From the NCBI GenBank assembly GCA_964247025.1, contig CAXTSM010000008.1:44970-108757 (forward strand): 63,788 nt of DNA, read 5' to 3'. Of the stretch, positions 43,884 through 56,621 are shown piece after piece (position 1 is the first letter of the stretch; every line of letters begins with the position of its first letter). Made by a program: the position numbers and the translations under genes. Below the pieces are notes generated by a model. The model searched no databases. It was not told the origin of the DNA and was given only the letters and a program-made list of their open reading frames with translations. Origin of the DNA: an uncultured Chthoniobacterales bacterium (GTDB lineage Bacteria > Verrucomicrobiota > Verrucomicrobiia > Chthoniobacterales > JAATET01).

Positions 43884-46430
43884 ATGAGAGAAATCCTGTT
43901 TTCCTTCCCGCTGGCGCACGGCCTCCACGCCCGGCCGGCCAGCCACCTCGAGGCGGCGGCGGGCGGGTTCCGCTCCGCCGTTTCCCTTCTCAATCGCCGG
44001 ACCGGCGCGGAGGCCGACGCGCGCAGCGTGCTCGCGTTGCTCTCCACCGACACCCGGATGGACGATCCGTGCGCGCTGCGCATCGACGGCCCGGACGCGG
44101 ACGCCGCGTGCGACGCGTTGTCGGAATTCGTGCGGGAGAGACTCCCGCGTTGCGACGACGCGCCGGCGGGGCTGCCCTCCCCATCGGGCGGCGGGCCGGA
44201 GCCGCTGCCCCGGGCGTTGCGGGCCGTCGGGGTCGAGCGCGGCCGGCGGGGCGTCGGGGCCAGCCCCGGGGCGACGATCGGGCCGCTGGTGGTGGTGGGC
44301 GGTCTCTCGCTCTCCGCGGATTTCGCGAACGAGGCCCAATCCCCGGAGCGGGAATTTGCGATTTACGTCGCGGCGGTGGCTGCGCTGGAGGCGGAGTTCG
44401 CCCGGGAGATCGCGGCCGCGCATGGCGTGACGGCGGAGATCCTGCGCGCCCACCAGGCGATCCTGCGGGACCCGGCTCTTCGCGTCGCGGTGAAGGCCCG
44501 TTTATCCGCCGACGGGGGCACCGCCGGGCAGGCGCTTTTCGCGGCGGCCGCCCAGTTCGGGGAGACGCTCCGCCGCGGCGCCAATGCCCGGCTGGCGGAG
44601 CGGGCGCTCGATCTCGAGGACGTCGCGGGGCGACTGCTGGTCGAACTCTACGGCGAGGCGGCGATCACCCGGGTGCCCGCGCTCGCCCGGGCATCCATCG
44701 TGGCGGCGGAGAACTTGACGCCCGGCCAGTTCCTCGCCCTCGATCGCCGGCATCTTTCCGGGCTCGTGCTCGGGCACGCCGGCACGACGTCGCACACCGT
44801 CATTCTCGCCCGCTCCTTCGGCGTCCCCACGCTCACGGGCGTCGAGGGCGTCACCGGTCTGGCGGCGGACGGGGAAGTCATCCTCGACGCCGGCCGAGGG
44901 CTTCTCATCGCGGACGTTTCGCCGGAAGTCCGCCGGTATTACGAGCTCGAACTGCGCACGCTGCGGCGCCGGCGCGAGGCGTTGCAGGCCTATCGGGACG
45001 AACCCGGCGCCACGGCCGACCGGGTCCCCGTGCCGCTGCTGGCCAACGTCGCTTCGGCGGCGGAGGTCGCGTCCGCGGTGGAGGCGGGCGCGGAGGGAGT
45101 GGGGCTTTTTCGCACGGAAATGCTTTACATGGACCGCGCGTCCGCTCCCTCCGAGGAGCAGCAATTCGAGATCTTCTCCGAGGCGGCGCGAGCCGCGAAC
45201 GGCCGCCCGGTCGTCATTCGCACCTTCGACATCGGCGGAGACAAGCCCGTGCCCTATCTCCAGCTTGCCGCCGAGGCGAATCCCTTCCTCGGATTCCGGG
45301 GAGCGCGTCTCTACGGGTCGTTCGCCGACCTCCTGCGCACCCAGATTCGCGCGATCCTGCGCGCCTCCGTGCATGGAAACCTCAAGATCATGGCTCCGAT
45401 GATCGCCTGCCCGGAGGAGATGCGCGCGTTCCGCGCCGCCGTCGAGGCGGCCCGGGAGGAGCTCCGCACCGAATCCCGGCCGGATGGCGCCGCCGTTCCC
45501 GTGGGCATGATGCTCGAGGTCCCGTCGGCGGTTTTTGCGCTTCCGGAGCTGGCCGGCGTCGCGGATTTCTTCAGCCTGGGGACCAACGACCTTGCCCAGT
45601 ATTTCCTCGCCGCCGACCGCGACAACGACCGGCTGGCCGAGCTCTACTCGTGGACGCATCCGGCGTTCCTGCGGTTGCTCCGGCAGGCGGTCGAGGGCGC
45701 CCACGCCGGCGGCCGGCCGATCGGGGTCTGCGGCGAAATGGCGGACCGTCCCGACGCCCAGCCGCTGCTCGCGGGGCTCGGCGTCGACAGCCTCAGCATG
45801 GGCGCGCCCCGCATCCTCGCGGCCAAGGCGAGCCTCGGCCGCCACCCGATGCCCGCGTGCCGCGAGCTCGCCGCGCGGGCCGTCGCCTCCGCGGACCGGA
45901 GCGGGGTCCGGGAAACGATGCGTTCCTTCCAGGCGGAAGCCGCGAAGCTCCCGATGTTGCGCGCGGATCTCGTCGCGCTCGATTCCGACGCCCGTTCGAA
46001 GGCGGAGGTCATCAAGGAATTGACGGACCTGCTTGCCCTCGGCGGCTACGTGGCGGACGCCGCGGCGGTGGAGGAGGCCGTTTGGGCCCGCGAGGAGACC
46101 TATTCGACCGGATTCGGCCATGGGTTCGCCGTCCCCCATTGCAAGTCGGACCACGTCGAAAACAACGCCCTCGCGATGGTGCGCCTGCGCACGCCGGTGG
46201 AATGGGGCTCGCTCGACGGCGCGCCCGTGCGCGTGGCGATCCTTCTCGCCATGCGCGCCTCGGATCAGGGCCGGGAGCACCTCCGCGTCTTCTCGCAACT
46301 CTCCCGGCTGGTGATGCGCGACGGATTCCGCGCCGCCATCGAAGAGGCGGCTTTTCCGGATGACGCCTTCCGCCTTTTGCACGAACATCTTGCTCCCCCG
46401 GCGCCAACCCCGTCCCCATCCCGATCATGA
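43884..46430 (+). CDS. Multiphosphoryl transfer protein HPr-EI-EIIA(Fru) (FryA-like architecture)
   Basis: GLHARPA (HPr), TTSHTVIL, GLFRTEML, NPFLGFRG, SLGTNDL (EI), STGFGHGFAVPHCKS (EIIA). Confidence 0.93.
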   Translation: MREILFSFPLAHGLHARPASHLEAAAGGFRSAVSLLNRRTGAEADARSVLALLSTDTRMDDPCALRIDGPDADAACDALSEFVRERLPRCDDAPAGLPSPSGGGPEPLPRALRAVGVERGRRGVGASPGATIGPLVVVGGLSLSADFANEAQSPEREFAIYVAAVAALEAEFAREIAAAHGVTAEILRAHQAILRDPALRVAVKARLSADGGTAGQALFAAAAQFGETLRRGANARLAERALDLEDVAGRLLVELYGEAAITRVPALARASIVAAENLTPGQFLALDRRHLSGLVLGHAGTTSHTVILARSFGVPTLTGVEGVTGLAADGEVILDAGRGLLIADVSPEVRRYYELELRTLRRRREALQAYRDEPGATADRVPVPLLANVASAAEVASAVEAGAEGVGLFRTEMLYMDRASAPSEEQQFEIFSEAARAANGRPVVIRTFDIGGDKPVPYLQLAAEANPFLGFRGARLYGSFADLLRTQIRAILRASVHGNLKIMAPMIACPEEMRAFRAAVEAAREELRTESRPDGAAVPVGMMLEVPSAVFALPELAGVADFFSLGTNDLAQYFLAADRDNDRLAELYSWTHPAFLRLLRQAVEGAHAGGRPIGVCGEMADRPDAQPLLAGLGVDSLSMGAPRILAAKASLGRHPMPACRELAARAVASADRSGVRETMRSFQAEAAKLPMLRADLVALDSDARSKAEVIKELTDLLALGGYVADAAAVEEAVWAREETYSTGFGHGFAVPHCKSDHVENNALAMVRLRTPVEWGSLDGAPVRVAILLAMRASDQGREHLRVFSQLSRLVMRDGFRAAIEEAAFPDDAFRLLHEHLAPPAPTPSPSRS

Positions 46431-49400
46431 TCATTCCTTCCCTTCGCCTGCTCCCCGTGGCGCTCGCCCTGGCGCTCGCCGGTCACGCGCCGATTTTCGC
46501 CCAAACGCCCGCGCCGAAAGCCGCCCTGCCGAAGAAGCCGGTCGACCTGGCCCGGGACCGGAATCTCTACGTCGTCGGCTACGCCCACCTCGACACCCAG
46601 TGGCGCTGGACCTACCCGCACGTCATCCAGTCCTACGTCGCGAACACGATGCGGCAGAATTTTCCGCTCTTCGAGAAGTACCCCGACTACGTCTTCAATT
46701 TCACGGGCTCGCGCCGCTACGAGTTCATGAAGGAGTATTATCCCGAGGACTACGAGAAGGTGAAAAAATACGTCGCTTCCGGCCAGTGGTTTCCCGCCGG
46801 CTCCTCGGTCGACGAAAACGACGCCAACGTGCCCTCCACGGAATCGTTCGTGCGCCAGTTCCTTTACGGCAACCACTTCTTCCAGCGGGAATTCGGCCGG
46901 CAGAGCGAGGAATTCATGCTGCCGGATTGTTTCGGGTTTCCCGCCTCCCTGCCGACGCTTTTGACCCACGCCGGCATCAAGGGATTTTCCACCCAGAAGC
47001 TCACGTGGGGCTCCGCCGTGGGCATCCCCTTCAGCGTCGGACGCTGGATCGGGCCGGACGGCACCTCCGTGGTCGCGGCGTTGAACCCCCTCGGCTACGG
47101 CGGCTCCATCAAGGACGACCTCAGCAAAAGCGAAACGTGGCTCAAGCGCATCAACAAGACGGGCGACAAGTCCGGCGTCTACGCGGACTATCATTATTAC
47201 GGCACCGGCGACCGGGGCGGCGCGCCGAAGGAGGAGTCCGCGCAGGGGCTCGAGCGCAGCATGGCCGGCAAGGGCCCGATCCGCGTCATCTCCTCGGCCG
47301 CCGACCAGATGTTCAAGGACATCACGCCCGAACAAGCGGCGCGGCTGCCCGCCTACACCGGCGAGATGCTGCTCACGAAACACTCGGCTGGTTCCATCAC
47401 CTCGCAGGCCTACATGAAGCGATGGAATCGCAAGAACGAATACCTCGCCAATGCCGCCGAGAGCGCGGTGACCGCCGCCTCCTGGATGGGCGCGTTTCCG
47501 TATCCCCGCAACTCGCTGTATCGCGCCTGGGACCTCGTGCTCGGCTCGCAAATGCACGACATCCTGCCCGGCACCAGCCTGCCGAAGGCCTACGAATATT
47601 CCTGGAACGACGAGGTCCTCGCCCTCAACCAATTCGCGGTCCTCGCCGAGCGCGGCACGGCGGCGATCCTCTCAAACCTCGACACCACCGCGAAAGGCCT
47701 GCCCGTGGCCGTTTACAACCCGCTTTCCATCGAGCGCGAAGACTTGATCGAGGCCGATCTCGTCTTCCCCGGAGGCGTGCCCTCCGCGGTCACCGCCTAT
47801 GATCCGAGTGGCCGCCCCGTTCCCACCCAGATCCTCGGCTCGCAGGGAAACACCCTTCGCGTGCTCTTTCTCGCGAAAGTTCCGTCCGTCGGCTACGCGA
47901 TCTACGACGTCCGGCCCGAGGCGAGTCCCAACGCAAAATCAGAGCTCGCCGTCACGGCAAACTCGCTCGAGAACCAGCGCTATCGCGTCACCCTCGACAA
48001 AAACGGCGACATCGCGTCGATCTTCGATAAGGCGCTGGATCGCGAGCTCCTGGCCGCCCCGGTCCGGCTGTCGTTCCACACGGAAAATCCCAAGGCGTTC
48101 CCCGCCTGGAACATGGATTGGAAAGATCGCCAGAAACCCGCGCGCGCCTACGTCGGCGGGGCCGCCACGATCACCATCGTGGAAAGCGGCCCGGCCCGCG
48201 TCGCGCTCGAAGTGAAGCGCACGACCGAGAACTCCACCTTCGCCCAGCAGATTCGCCTGGCCGCCGGCGGCGCCGGGGAGCGGCTGGAAATTTCCGACCG
48301 CATCGACTGGCAATCCCAGGTCGCCAGCCTGAAAGCGGATTTCACGTTTGCCCACGGCAATCCGAAGGCCGCCTACGACGACAAAGTCGGCGTCCTCCTT
48401 CGCGGTAACAACAACGAAAAACGCTACGAAGCGCCGATGCAGCGATGGATGGATCTCACCGCCGCAGATGGCGGCTACGGTGTCTCCGTGTTGAGCGATT
48501 CCAAGTATGGCTCCGATAAACCCGACGACCACACCCTTCGCCTGACGCTCCTCTACACCCCCGGGGTGGACGCCGGATATCACGACGAAGCCACCCAGGA
48601 TCATGGCCGCCACGACATCCTCACCGCCCTTTACGCGCACTCGGGCGACTGGGCCGTCGGCCGCACCGCCTGGCAGTCCGAGCGCCTGAATCAGCCATTG
48701 CGCGCCTTTCTTCCCCGCGCCCACCCCGGCCCGCTCGGGAAGACTTTTTCCTTCGCTTCGCTGAATACCGAACAGGTGGAAATCGGCGCCATCAAGCAGG
48801 CCGAAGACTCCGACGAAATCGTCGTCCGCCTGAAGGAACTCACCGGCAAGCCAGCCGTCGGCGTCCGGCTGAAATTCCCGGTCGCGATCACCGCCGCCCG
48901 CGAGGTCGACGCGCAGGAGCGGCCGCTCGGTCCGGCGGACCTGAGCGATGGCGCGCTGGCGTGCGACGTGAAGCCGTTCAGCCTGCGGGCCTTTGCGATC
49001 AAGCTCGCGCCCCCCCCGTCGCCCGTCGCCGCGATCGTGAGCGCGCCCGTGCCTCTCCCCTACGACGTCGACGCCGTCAGCCGCAACGCGCGGCGCAACG
49101 ACGGGGCGATGGATGCGGCCAAGGGCACCTTCCCGGCGGAAATGCTTCCGAAATCGCTGGTGCGCGAAGGCGTCGAGTTCCAGTTCGGTCCGACGACCGA
49201 CGGAGCGAAGAACGCCGTGGCCGCCCAGGGCCAGACGATCGGCCTGCCCGCCGGCGAATTCGATCGCGTTCACCTGCTGGTGGCCGCCGCCGACGGGGAC
49301 GTTTCCGGCCGGATCAAAATCGGCGATGGCGAAAAACCCTTCGACGTCCCGAGCTGGACCGGCTTCATCGGGCAGTGGGATAACCGCGTCTGGAGCGAGC

Positions 49401-50764
49401 CCATTCCCGAAGAGAGCTATGGCATCAAGGCGAAGATGATCGGGCTGATCCCCGGCTTCATCAAACGCACGCCGGTCGCTTGGTTCGCCACCCACCATCA
49501 CGCTCCGAAAGGCGACGCGTTCTACGAGTTTTCCTCCCTCTTTCAATTGAGCTATGACCTGCCGAAAGGCGCGAAGACCATCACGCTTCCGCAAGATCCC
49601 AAGCTTCGCGTCTTTGCCGCCAGCGTCAGCCGCGAGCCCGCCGCCGCCCCGCCCGCGTCCCCGCTCTACGACACGCTCGCCGATCATCACCCCGGCGTCG
49701 GCGCGCCCTCCCTCCCGCAGGACGGCCAGACCTTCCACGAGATGACCGGGATCGTCGTCGCGCCGCCGCTTTATTTCGCTCCCGGCGATCTTCATTACAC
49801 GCTGGATGGCAGCGATCCCACCGCCGCTTCGCCCGCCTACGACGGCCCGATCCTGGCGATGGACCCCGTGAAGATCGCGGTCCGGCAAATCGCCCCCGAC
49901 GGCACGACCGGCGCGGTCGTGCGCGGCATGGTGGACGTGCAGGACTCCACTCCACCCCGGTTTACCGCGGTGCAGGTCGGAAACGGCGGCCGGACCCTGG
50001 AGCTTCAATTCTCCAAGCCCCTTTCGCCGGCGACCGCCGAAGACGGGCGGAACTACACGATCAAGCCTCCGCTCGGCATCAAGTCCGCGACGATTTCCGG
50101 CGGCGGCCAAAAAGTCTCGCTGAGCCTGAGCGCCCCGATTGCCGCCGCCACCGCCTACACGATCGGGGTCCGTGGGATCAAGGACGCCTCCCGCCGGCAA
50201 AATGCCGTGATCCCCGCGACGTGGCCCTTCAACGCGCAGAACCTCGTCTACAACCTGGACTCCGTGCGATTGCCCAAGGGACGCCTGAAAGTTCCCGTGG
50301 CGGGCCTTCCGCTCAAGGAGCGGGACGCCTGGACGATGAACCTGCTCGTCCGGCCGGACGTCGCGCCGGAGGACGAGACGATCATCGCCGGGTTCGGCCA
50401 GGACACGGACCGGAACGAGGGCGCCGGACGTTATTTCGCCAAGTTCGAGAACGGCATTCACTTCTGGTCGGTGGGAGGCGACCTGGATTCGAATTCCCCG
50501 CTCGAGGTCGGCCGCTGGCAGATGCTCACCGCCACGTTCGACGGGAAAAAACTCACGCTCTACAAGGACGGCGCGCCCATCGCCCAGGAGGAGATCCGGT
50601 TCAGCGACGATCCGGATGCCAGGGTGAGCGTCGGCCCGATCGAGCCCTGGGACAAAAAACGCAGCTTCGAGGGAAGCGTAAAATCCTTCACCATTCGCCG
50701 CGGCGCGTTGACGGCCGACGAGGTGAAGAAACTTTATGCCGAACTCAGACCGGAGAAAAAATAG
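46427..50764 (+). CDS. Secreted GH38 alpha-mannosidase with C-terminal FN3-associated, Ig-like and LamG domains
   Basis: Signal peptide, AHLDTQWRW, LPDCFG, QMHDILPGT, YTLDGSDPT, WQMLTATFDG. Confidence 0.92.
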   Translation: MIIPSLRLLPVALALALAGHAPIFAQTPAPKAALPKKPVDLARDRNLYVVGYAHLDTQWRWTYPHVIQSYVANTMRQNFPLFEKYPDYVFNFTGSRRYEFMKEYYPEDYEKVKKYVASGQWFPAGSSVDENDANVPSTESFVRQFLYGNHFFQREFGRQSEEFMLPDCFGFPASLPTLLTHAGIKGFSTQKLTWGSAVGIPFSVGRWIGPDGTSVVAALNPLGYGGSIKDDLSKSETWLKRINKTGDKSGVYADYHYYGTGDRGGAPKEESAQGLERSMAGKGPIRVISSAADQMFKDITPEQAARLPAYTGEMLLTKHSAGSITSQAYMKRWNRKNEYLANAAESAVTAASWMGAFPYPRNSLYRAWDLVLGSQMHDILPGTSLPKAYEYSWNDEVLALNQFAVLAERGTAAILSNLDTTAKGLPVAVYNPLSIEREDLIEADLVFPGGVPSAVTAYDPSGRPVPTQILGSQGNTLRVLFLAKVPSVGYAIYDVRPEASPNAKSELAVTANSLENQRYRVTLDKNGDIASIFDKALDRELLAAPVRLSFHTENPKAFPAWNMDWKDRQKPARAYVGGAATITIVESGPARVALEVKRTTENSTFAQQIRLAAGGAGERLEISDRIDWQSQVASLKADFTFAHGNPKAAYDDKVGVLLRGNNNEKRYEAPMQRWMDLTAADGGYGVSVLSDSKYGSDKPDDHTLRLTLLYTPGVDAGYHDEATQDHGRHDILTALYAHSGDWAVGRTAWQSERLNQPLRAFLPRAHPGPLGKTFSFASLNTEQVEIGAIKQAEDSDEIVVRLKELTGKPAVGVRLKFPVAITAAREVDAQERPLGPADLSDGALACDVKPFSLRAFAIKLAPPPSPVAAIVSAPVPLPYDVDAVSRNARRNDGAMDAAKGTFPAEMLPKSLVREGVEFQFGPTTDGAKNAVAAQGQTIGLPAGEFDRVHLLVAAADGDVSGRIKIGDGEKPFDVPSWTGFIGQWDNRVWSEPIPEESYGIKAKMIGLIPGFIKRTPVAWFATHHHAPKGDAFYEFSSLFQLSYDLPKGAKTITLPQDPKLRVFAASVSREPAAAPPASPLYDTLADHHPGVGAPSLPQDGQTFHEMTGIVVAPPLYFAPGDLHYTLDGSDPTAASPAYDGPILAMDPVKIAVRQIAPDGTTGAVVRGMVDVQDSTPPRFTAVQVGNGGRTLELQFSKPLSPATAEDGRNYTIKPPLGIKSATISGGGQKVSLSLSAPIAAATAYTIGVRGIKDASRRQNAVIPATWPFNAQNLVYNLDSVRLPKGRLKVPVAGLPLKERDAWTMNLLVRPDVAPEDETIIAGFGQDTDRNEGAGRYFAKFENGIHFWSVGGDLDSNSPLEVGRWQMLTATFDGKKLTLYKDGAPIAQEEIRFSDDPDARVSVGPIEPWDKKRSFEGSVKSFTIRRGALTADEVKKLYAELRPEKK

Positions 50765-51494
50765 CGGTCGTGAGTGGCGCGCATTCCTGCTCCGCCTTGC
50801 GCTGCCGGTCCTGTTCTCGTCCCCGGCGGGTGCTCATCCCGCCCAGTTCACGACCCTCGAGATGAAGGTGGCGGCGAACGGGCGGTTCGAAGCCAGCCTG
50901 AACGTGGACGTGCTGGCCCACGCGCTTGGCAAGACCTCCGACTCCGTCACGAACGAGGAACTCGCGGCCGAACTCGACGGCCCCCGCGACGCGCTCGCCA
51001 CGGATCTCGCCGAGGCCGGAGAGCGATTTCGTCGCGAATTGGTCATCCGCACCGATGCCGGCGCTGCCGCCGTGACGTCCTGGCAATTTCCCGTTCCGGC
51101 CGACGTCGATGCCGCCCTGGCCCGCAAGATCGATCCACGCACGCTCGTGGCCGGTGAAATCACCTTCGCGGGCGCCCTCCCGGCCGGCGCTCGGAAGCTG
51201 TCCGTTCGCCTCCCTTTCGTTCTCGGAGACACCATGCAGCTTTACGAATTGCCGGGCGGAGGCAGCTTCGCGGAACCGGTCCCGGCGGGGAAATATTCCC
51301 GCGTGATCGATGTCGCCCTCGATCCGGGGGAAGCGGCGGAACCCCCCCGGGCGGCGGTGATCGAAAAACCGGATCACGCCCCCCCCTGGCTCGCGGTTGG
51401 CTCGATCGTCGCGGGGGTTTTTCTCGTCGCCGGATGGCTTCGAGGCCGCCGGCGGAGGCTCACCCCTGAATCGCGAAGAGGCAAGGGGAGATGA
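50736..51494 (+). CDS. Exported hypothetical protein with C-terminal membrane anchor (start probably near 50770)
   Basis: Signal-like ...SSPAGAH; C-terminal TM followed by RGRRRR. Confidence 0.6.
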   Translation: MPNSDRRKNSGREWRAFLLRLALPVLFSSPAGAHPAQFTTLEMKVAANGRFEASLNVDVLAHALGKTSDSVTNEELAAELDGPRDALATDLAEAGERFRRELVIRTDAGAAAVTSWQFPVPADVDAALARKIDPRTLVAGEITFAGALPAGARKLSVRLPFVLGDTMQLYELPGGGSFAEPVPAGKYSRVIDVALDPGEAAEPPRAAVIEKPDHAPPWLAVGSIVAGVFLVAGWLRGRRRRLTPESRRGKGR

Positions 51495-51530
51495 AACGGC
51501 GGCGACGAAGCGCCGCCCTCCCCGGGGACG

Positions 51531-51566
51531 AAAAAAGGCCGGCCTTTTGGAGGCCGGCCTTTTTTT
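51531..51566. terminator. Bidirectional intrinsic terminator
   Basis: AAAAAAGGCCGGCCT-tttgg-AGGCCGGCCTTTTTTT between convergent genes. Confidence 0.9.
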
Positions 51567-51584
51567 GTCGGGGGCGGCGTTTTT

Positions 51585-54066
<2,482 letters not shown>

Positions 54067-54077
<11 letters not shown>

Positions 54078-55191
54078 CGGGTTCCTTGGTGGCTTCGGTT
54101 GGTTCCGAAACCGGGACTTTCGTCATGTCGGGCTCGGGGAGTTGTTTGAGTTTCGCGCGAATCAAGGTGGCCCGCAAGGCGTCGCGGGCTTCGGCCGTCA
54201 TTTTCCGGCCTTGGGCGCCTTTCTGCAAGTGAGCGGGCTGCGTCTCGATGAACAATTCGTCGATCGTGACCCGGGCGCCGTCGGGAAAGAGGCCGAGGTC
54301 GACGCCGAGCTTCACGACCGAGAGCAGGTTCAAGGCCTCTTTCGAGGTCATGCTGTGGCCGTGGCAAAGGATGCCGTAGGCGCGGCCGACCTGGTCGAGC
54401 ACCGTGGTGCCGCGCCGCTCGACGAGCTGCTGGCGGGCGTTTTCCTCGTGCTCGACGATGTGGATGATGACCTCGTTCAGGCGGTCGATGATCTGTTCCT
54501 CGCTCTCGCCGAGCGTGGTCTGGTTCGAGACCTGGAAAAGATTGCCCATCGCTTCGGTGCCTTCGCCATGGAGACCGCGGACGGCGAGCCCGATCTTGTT
54601 GACCGAGTTGATGATCTTGTTGATCTGTTCGCTCATCACGAGGCCCGGGAGGTGCAGCATCGCGGAGGCGCGCATGCCCGTGCCAACGTTCGTGGGGCAG
54701 GCGGTGAGGTAGCCGAGCTCCTCATGGTAGGCGAAATCGAGGCGCGTCGCGAGCTCGGTGTCGCACCGGTCGACGGTGGCGTAGGCCTCGCGGAGCTGAA
54801 GGCCGCAACGGATGGACTGCATGCGGAGATGATCCTCCTCGTTGATCATGAAGCTGAGCGTCTGCTCGACGTTCATGACGACGGCGCTTCCGGCTCCCTT
54901 GGCGGCATGTTCGCGGCTGATCAGATGCTTCTCCATGAGCACGTGACGTTCCAACTGCGTGAGCTCGGTGAGATTCTGGGCGTAGGCCTCGCGCATGTCC
55001 GGCAGGGACTCGACGGCGGGTCGGACGAGGTCGAGCGTCTGCAGGCGCTCCGCGCGTTTGGCCCAGCCGGGAAAGGCGGTGCGGGTGAGGTTGCGGGCGA
55101 GGCGGATGCGGCTGCTGACGACGATCTGGCGGTTTGGCCCGTCCCCGGAAAGCCATTCGCCGGCATTCGAAATGATGCGGGAAAGCTTCAT
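54067..55191 (-). CDS. mcsB: Protein-arginine kinase McsB
   Basis: SSRIRLARN, NEEDHLR, LTACPTNVGTGMRAS, QVSNQTTLG. Confidence 0.95.
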
Positions 55192-55679
55192 GCGATCAGC
55201 TCGGTCTCGAGCTGGCGGATCTGGTCGCGGAGGCTGGCGGCCTCTTCGTATTTTTCGGTGGCCACGGCCTCGTCGAGGGTGGCCTGGAGGGATTTCATCT
55301 TCGCGTTCAACTCCCGGACGCGGGCGCGGTTGCCGGGCGCCTTGCCGACGTGGCTGGTGCCTTTGTGCATGTTCGCGAGCATTCCGGAAAGGCCTTCCGC
55401 AAAGGTCGCGTAACACTCGCTGCAACCGAGGCGTCCGGTCTTCTTGAAGTCCGCCTGGGTGAAGCCGCAGACCGGGCATTTGCCGGCGGCGGGGCTTTTC
55501 TCGAGCTGCTGGGCGGCGCCCAATCCGAGCAGGAGATCGGCCAGCGCGAAACCGGTCGGATCGTTCACTCCCTTGGCCTTCGAGCAGGATTCGCAGAGGT
55601 TCACCTTCTGCATCTTCCCCTCGACGATTTGCGTGAGGAAGACGCTCGCCTCCTTCTCACCGCAAACGTCGCATTGCAT
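55188..55679 (-). CDS. mcsA: McsA (CxxC motifs + UVR domain)
   Basis: Four CxxC, GRLGCSECY, EKYEEAASLRDQI. Confidence 0.93.
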   Translation of the reverse strand: MQCDVCGEKEASVFLTQIVEGKMQKVNLCESCSKAKGVNDPTGFALADLLLGLGAAQQLEKSPAAGKCPVCGFTQADFKKTGRLGCSECYATFAEGLSGMLANMHKGTSHVGKAPGNRARVRELNAKMKSLQATLDEAVATEKYEEAASLRDQIRQLETELIA

Positions 55680-55681
55680 GT

Positions 55682-56551
55682 CTAATCAATCGCCGTCCCG
55701 CTGCCCTGTGTCAACTCATGGAACCGTGTCATGAGCCGGCGCGTGAGCGGCCCGGGCCGGCCATCGCCGATGGAGCGCCGGTCGAGCGTGACGACGGGGA
55801 TCAGCTCCGCGGCCGTGCCCGTGAGGAAGCATTCGTCGGCGGTGAACAGGTCGTATCGCGTCATGTCCGGCTCGGTGATTTCAAGGCCGAGTTCGGCCGC
55901 CATTTCGAAGACGACCGCGCGGGTCACGCCGGCCAGCGCGCCCGAGGCGATCGGCGGAGTGTGGATCTTGCCGCGCTTCACGATGAAGACGTTGTCGCCG
56001 GTGCACTCGGCCACGTAGCCCTGCTCGTTGAGCATGAGGCCCTCGCCGGCGCCGGCGTTCTGCGCCTCGATCTTGGCCATCACGTTGTTGAGGTAGTTCA
56101 ACGACTTCACCATCGGGCTGAGGGCGCCGTGCGGGATGCGGCGGGTCGCGCAGGTCACGACCATGAGGCCGTCCTCGTAGGCACTCGCCGGGTAGAGCGT
56201 GATCTTGGCGGCGATGATGATGATCGTCGCCTTCGGACAAAGCGCCGGATTCAGGCCGAGGTCGCCGTCACCCCGCGTCACGACGAGCCGCACGTAGCCG
56301 TCGCGCAGGTCGTTTCGGCGGATCGTTTCGAGCGTCGCGGCGGTGAGGGCGGCCGGGTCGAGCGGGATCTCCAGGCAGATGGCGCGCGCGGAGTCGAACA
56401 GGCGGTCGATGTGCTCCTCGAGGCGGAAGACGCGGCCGTTATAGAATCGAATGCCCTCGAAGACGCCGTCGCCGTAAAGCAGGCCGTGGTCGAACACGGA
56501 AATCTTCGCGTGTTCCTTCTCGTAAAATTCACCGTCGATATAAACCTTCAT
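55682..56551 (-). CDS. ilvE: Branched-chain amino acid aminotransferase
   Basis: HGLLYGDGVFEGIR, KSLNYLNN, FLTGTAAE. Confidence 0.93.
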   Translation of the reverse strand: MKVYIDGEFYEKEHAKISVFDHGLLYGDGVFEGIRFYNGRVFRLEEHIDRLFDSARAICLEIPLDPAALTAATLETIRRNDLRDGYVRLVVTRGDGDLGLNPALCPKATIIIIAAKITLYPASAYEDGLMVVTCATRRIPHGALSPMVKSLNYLNNVMAKIEAQNAGAGEGLMLNEQGYVAECTGDNVFIVKRGKIHTPPIASGALAGVTRAVVFEMAAELGLEITEPDMTRYDLFTADECFLTGTAAELIPVVTLDRRSIGDGRPGPLTRRLMTRFHELTQGSGTAID

Positions 56552-56621
56552 GCGCAAAAAAATCCGCCGCGGGCGGGGCGGGAAATATGCACGCGACCAG
56601 GGGGGGTGACAAGGTCGGCGT

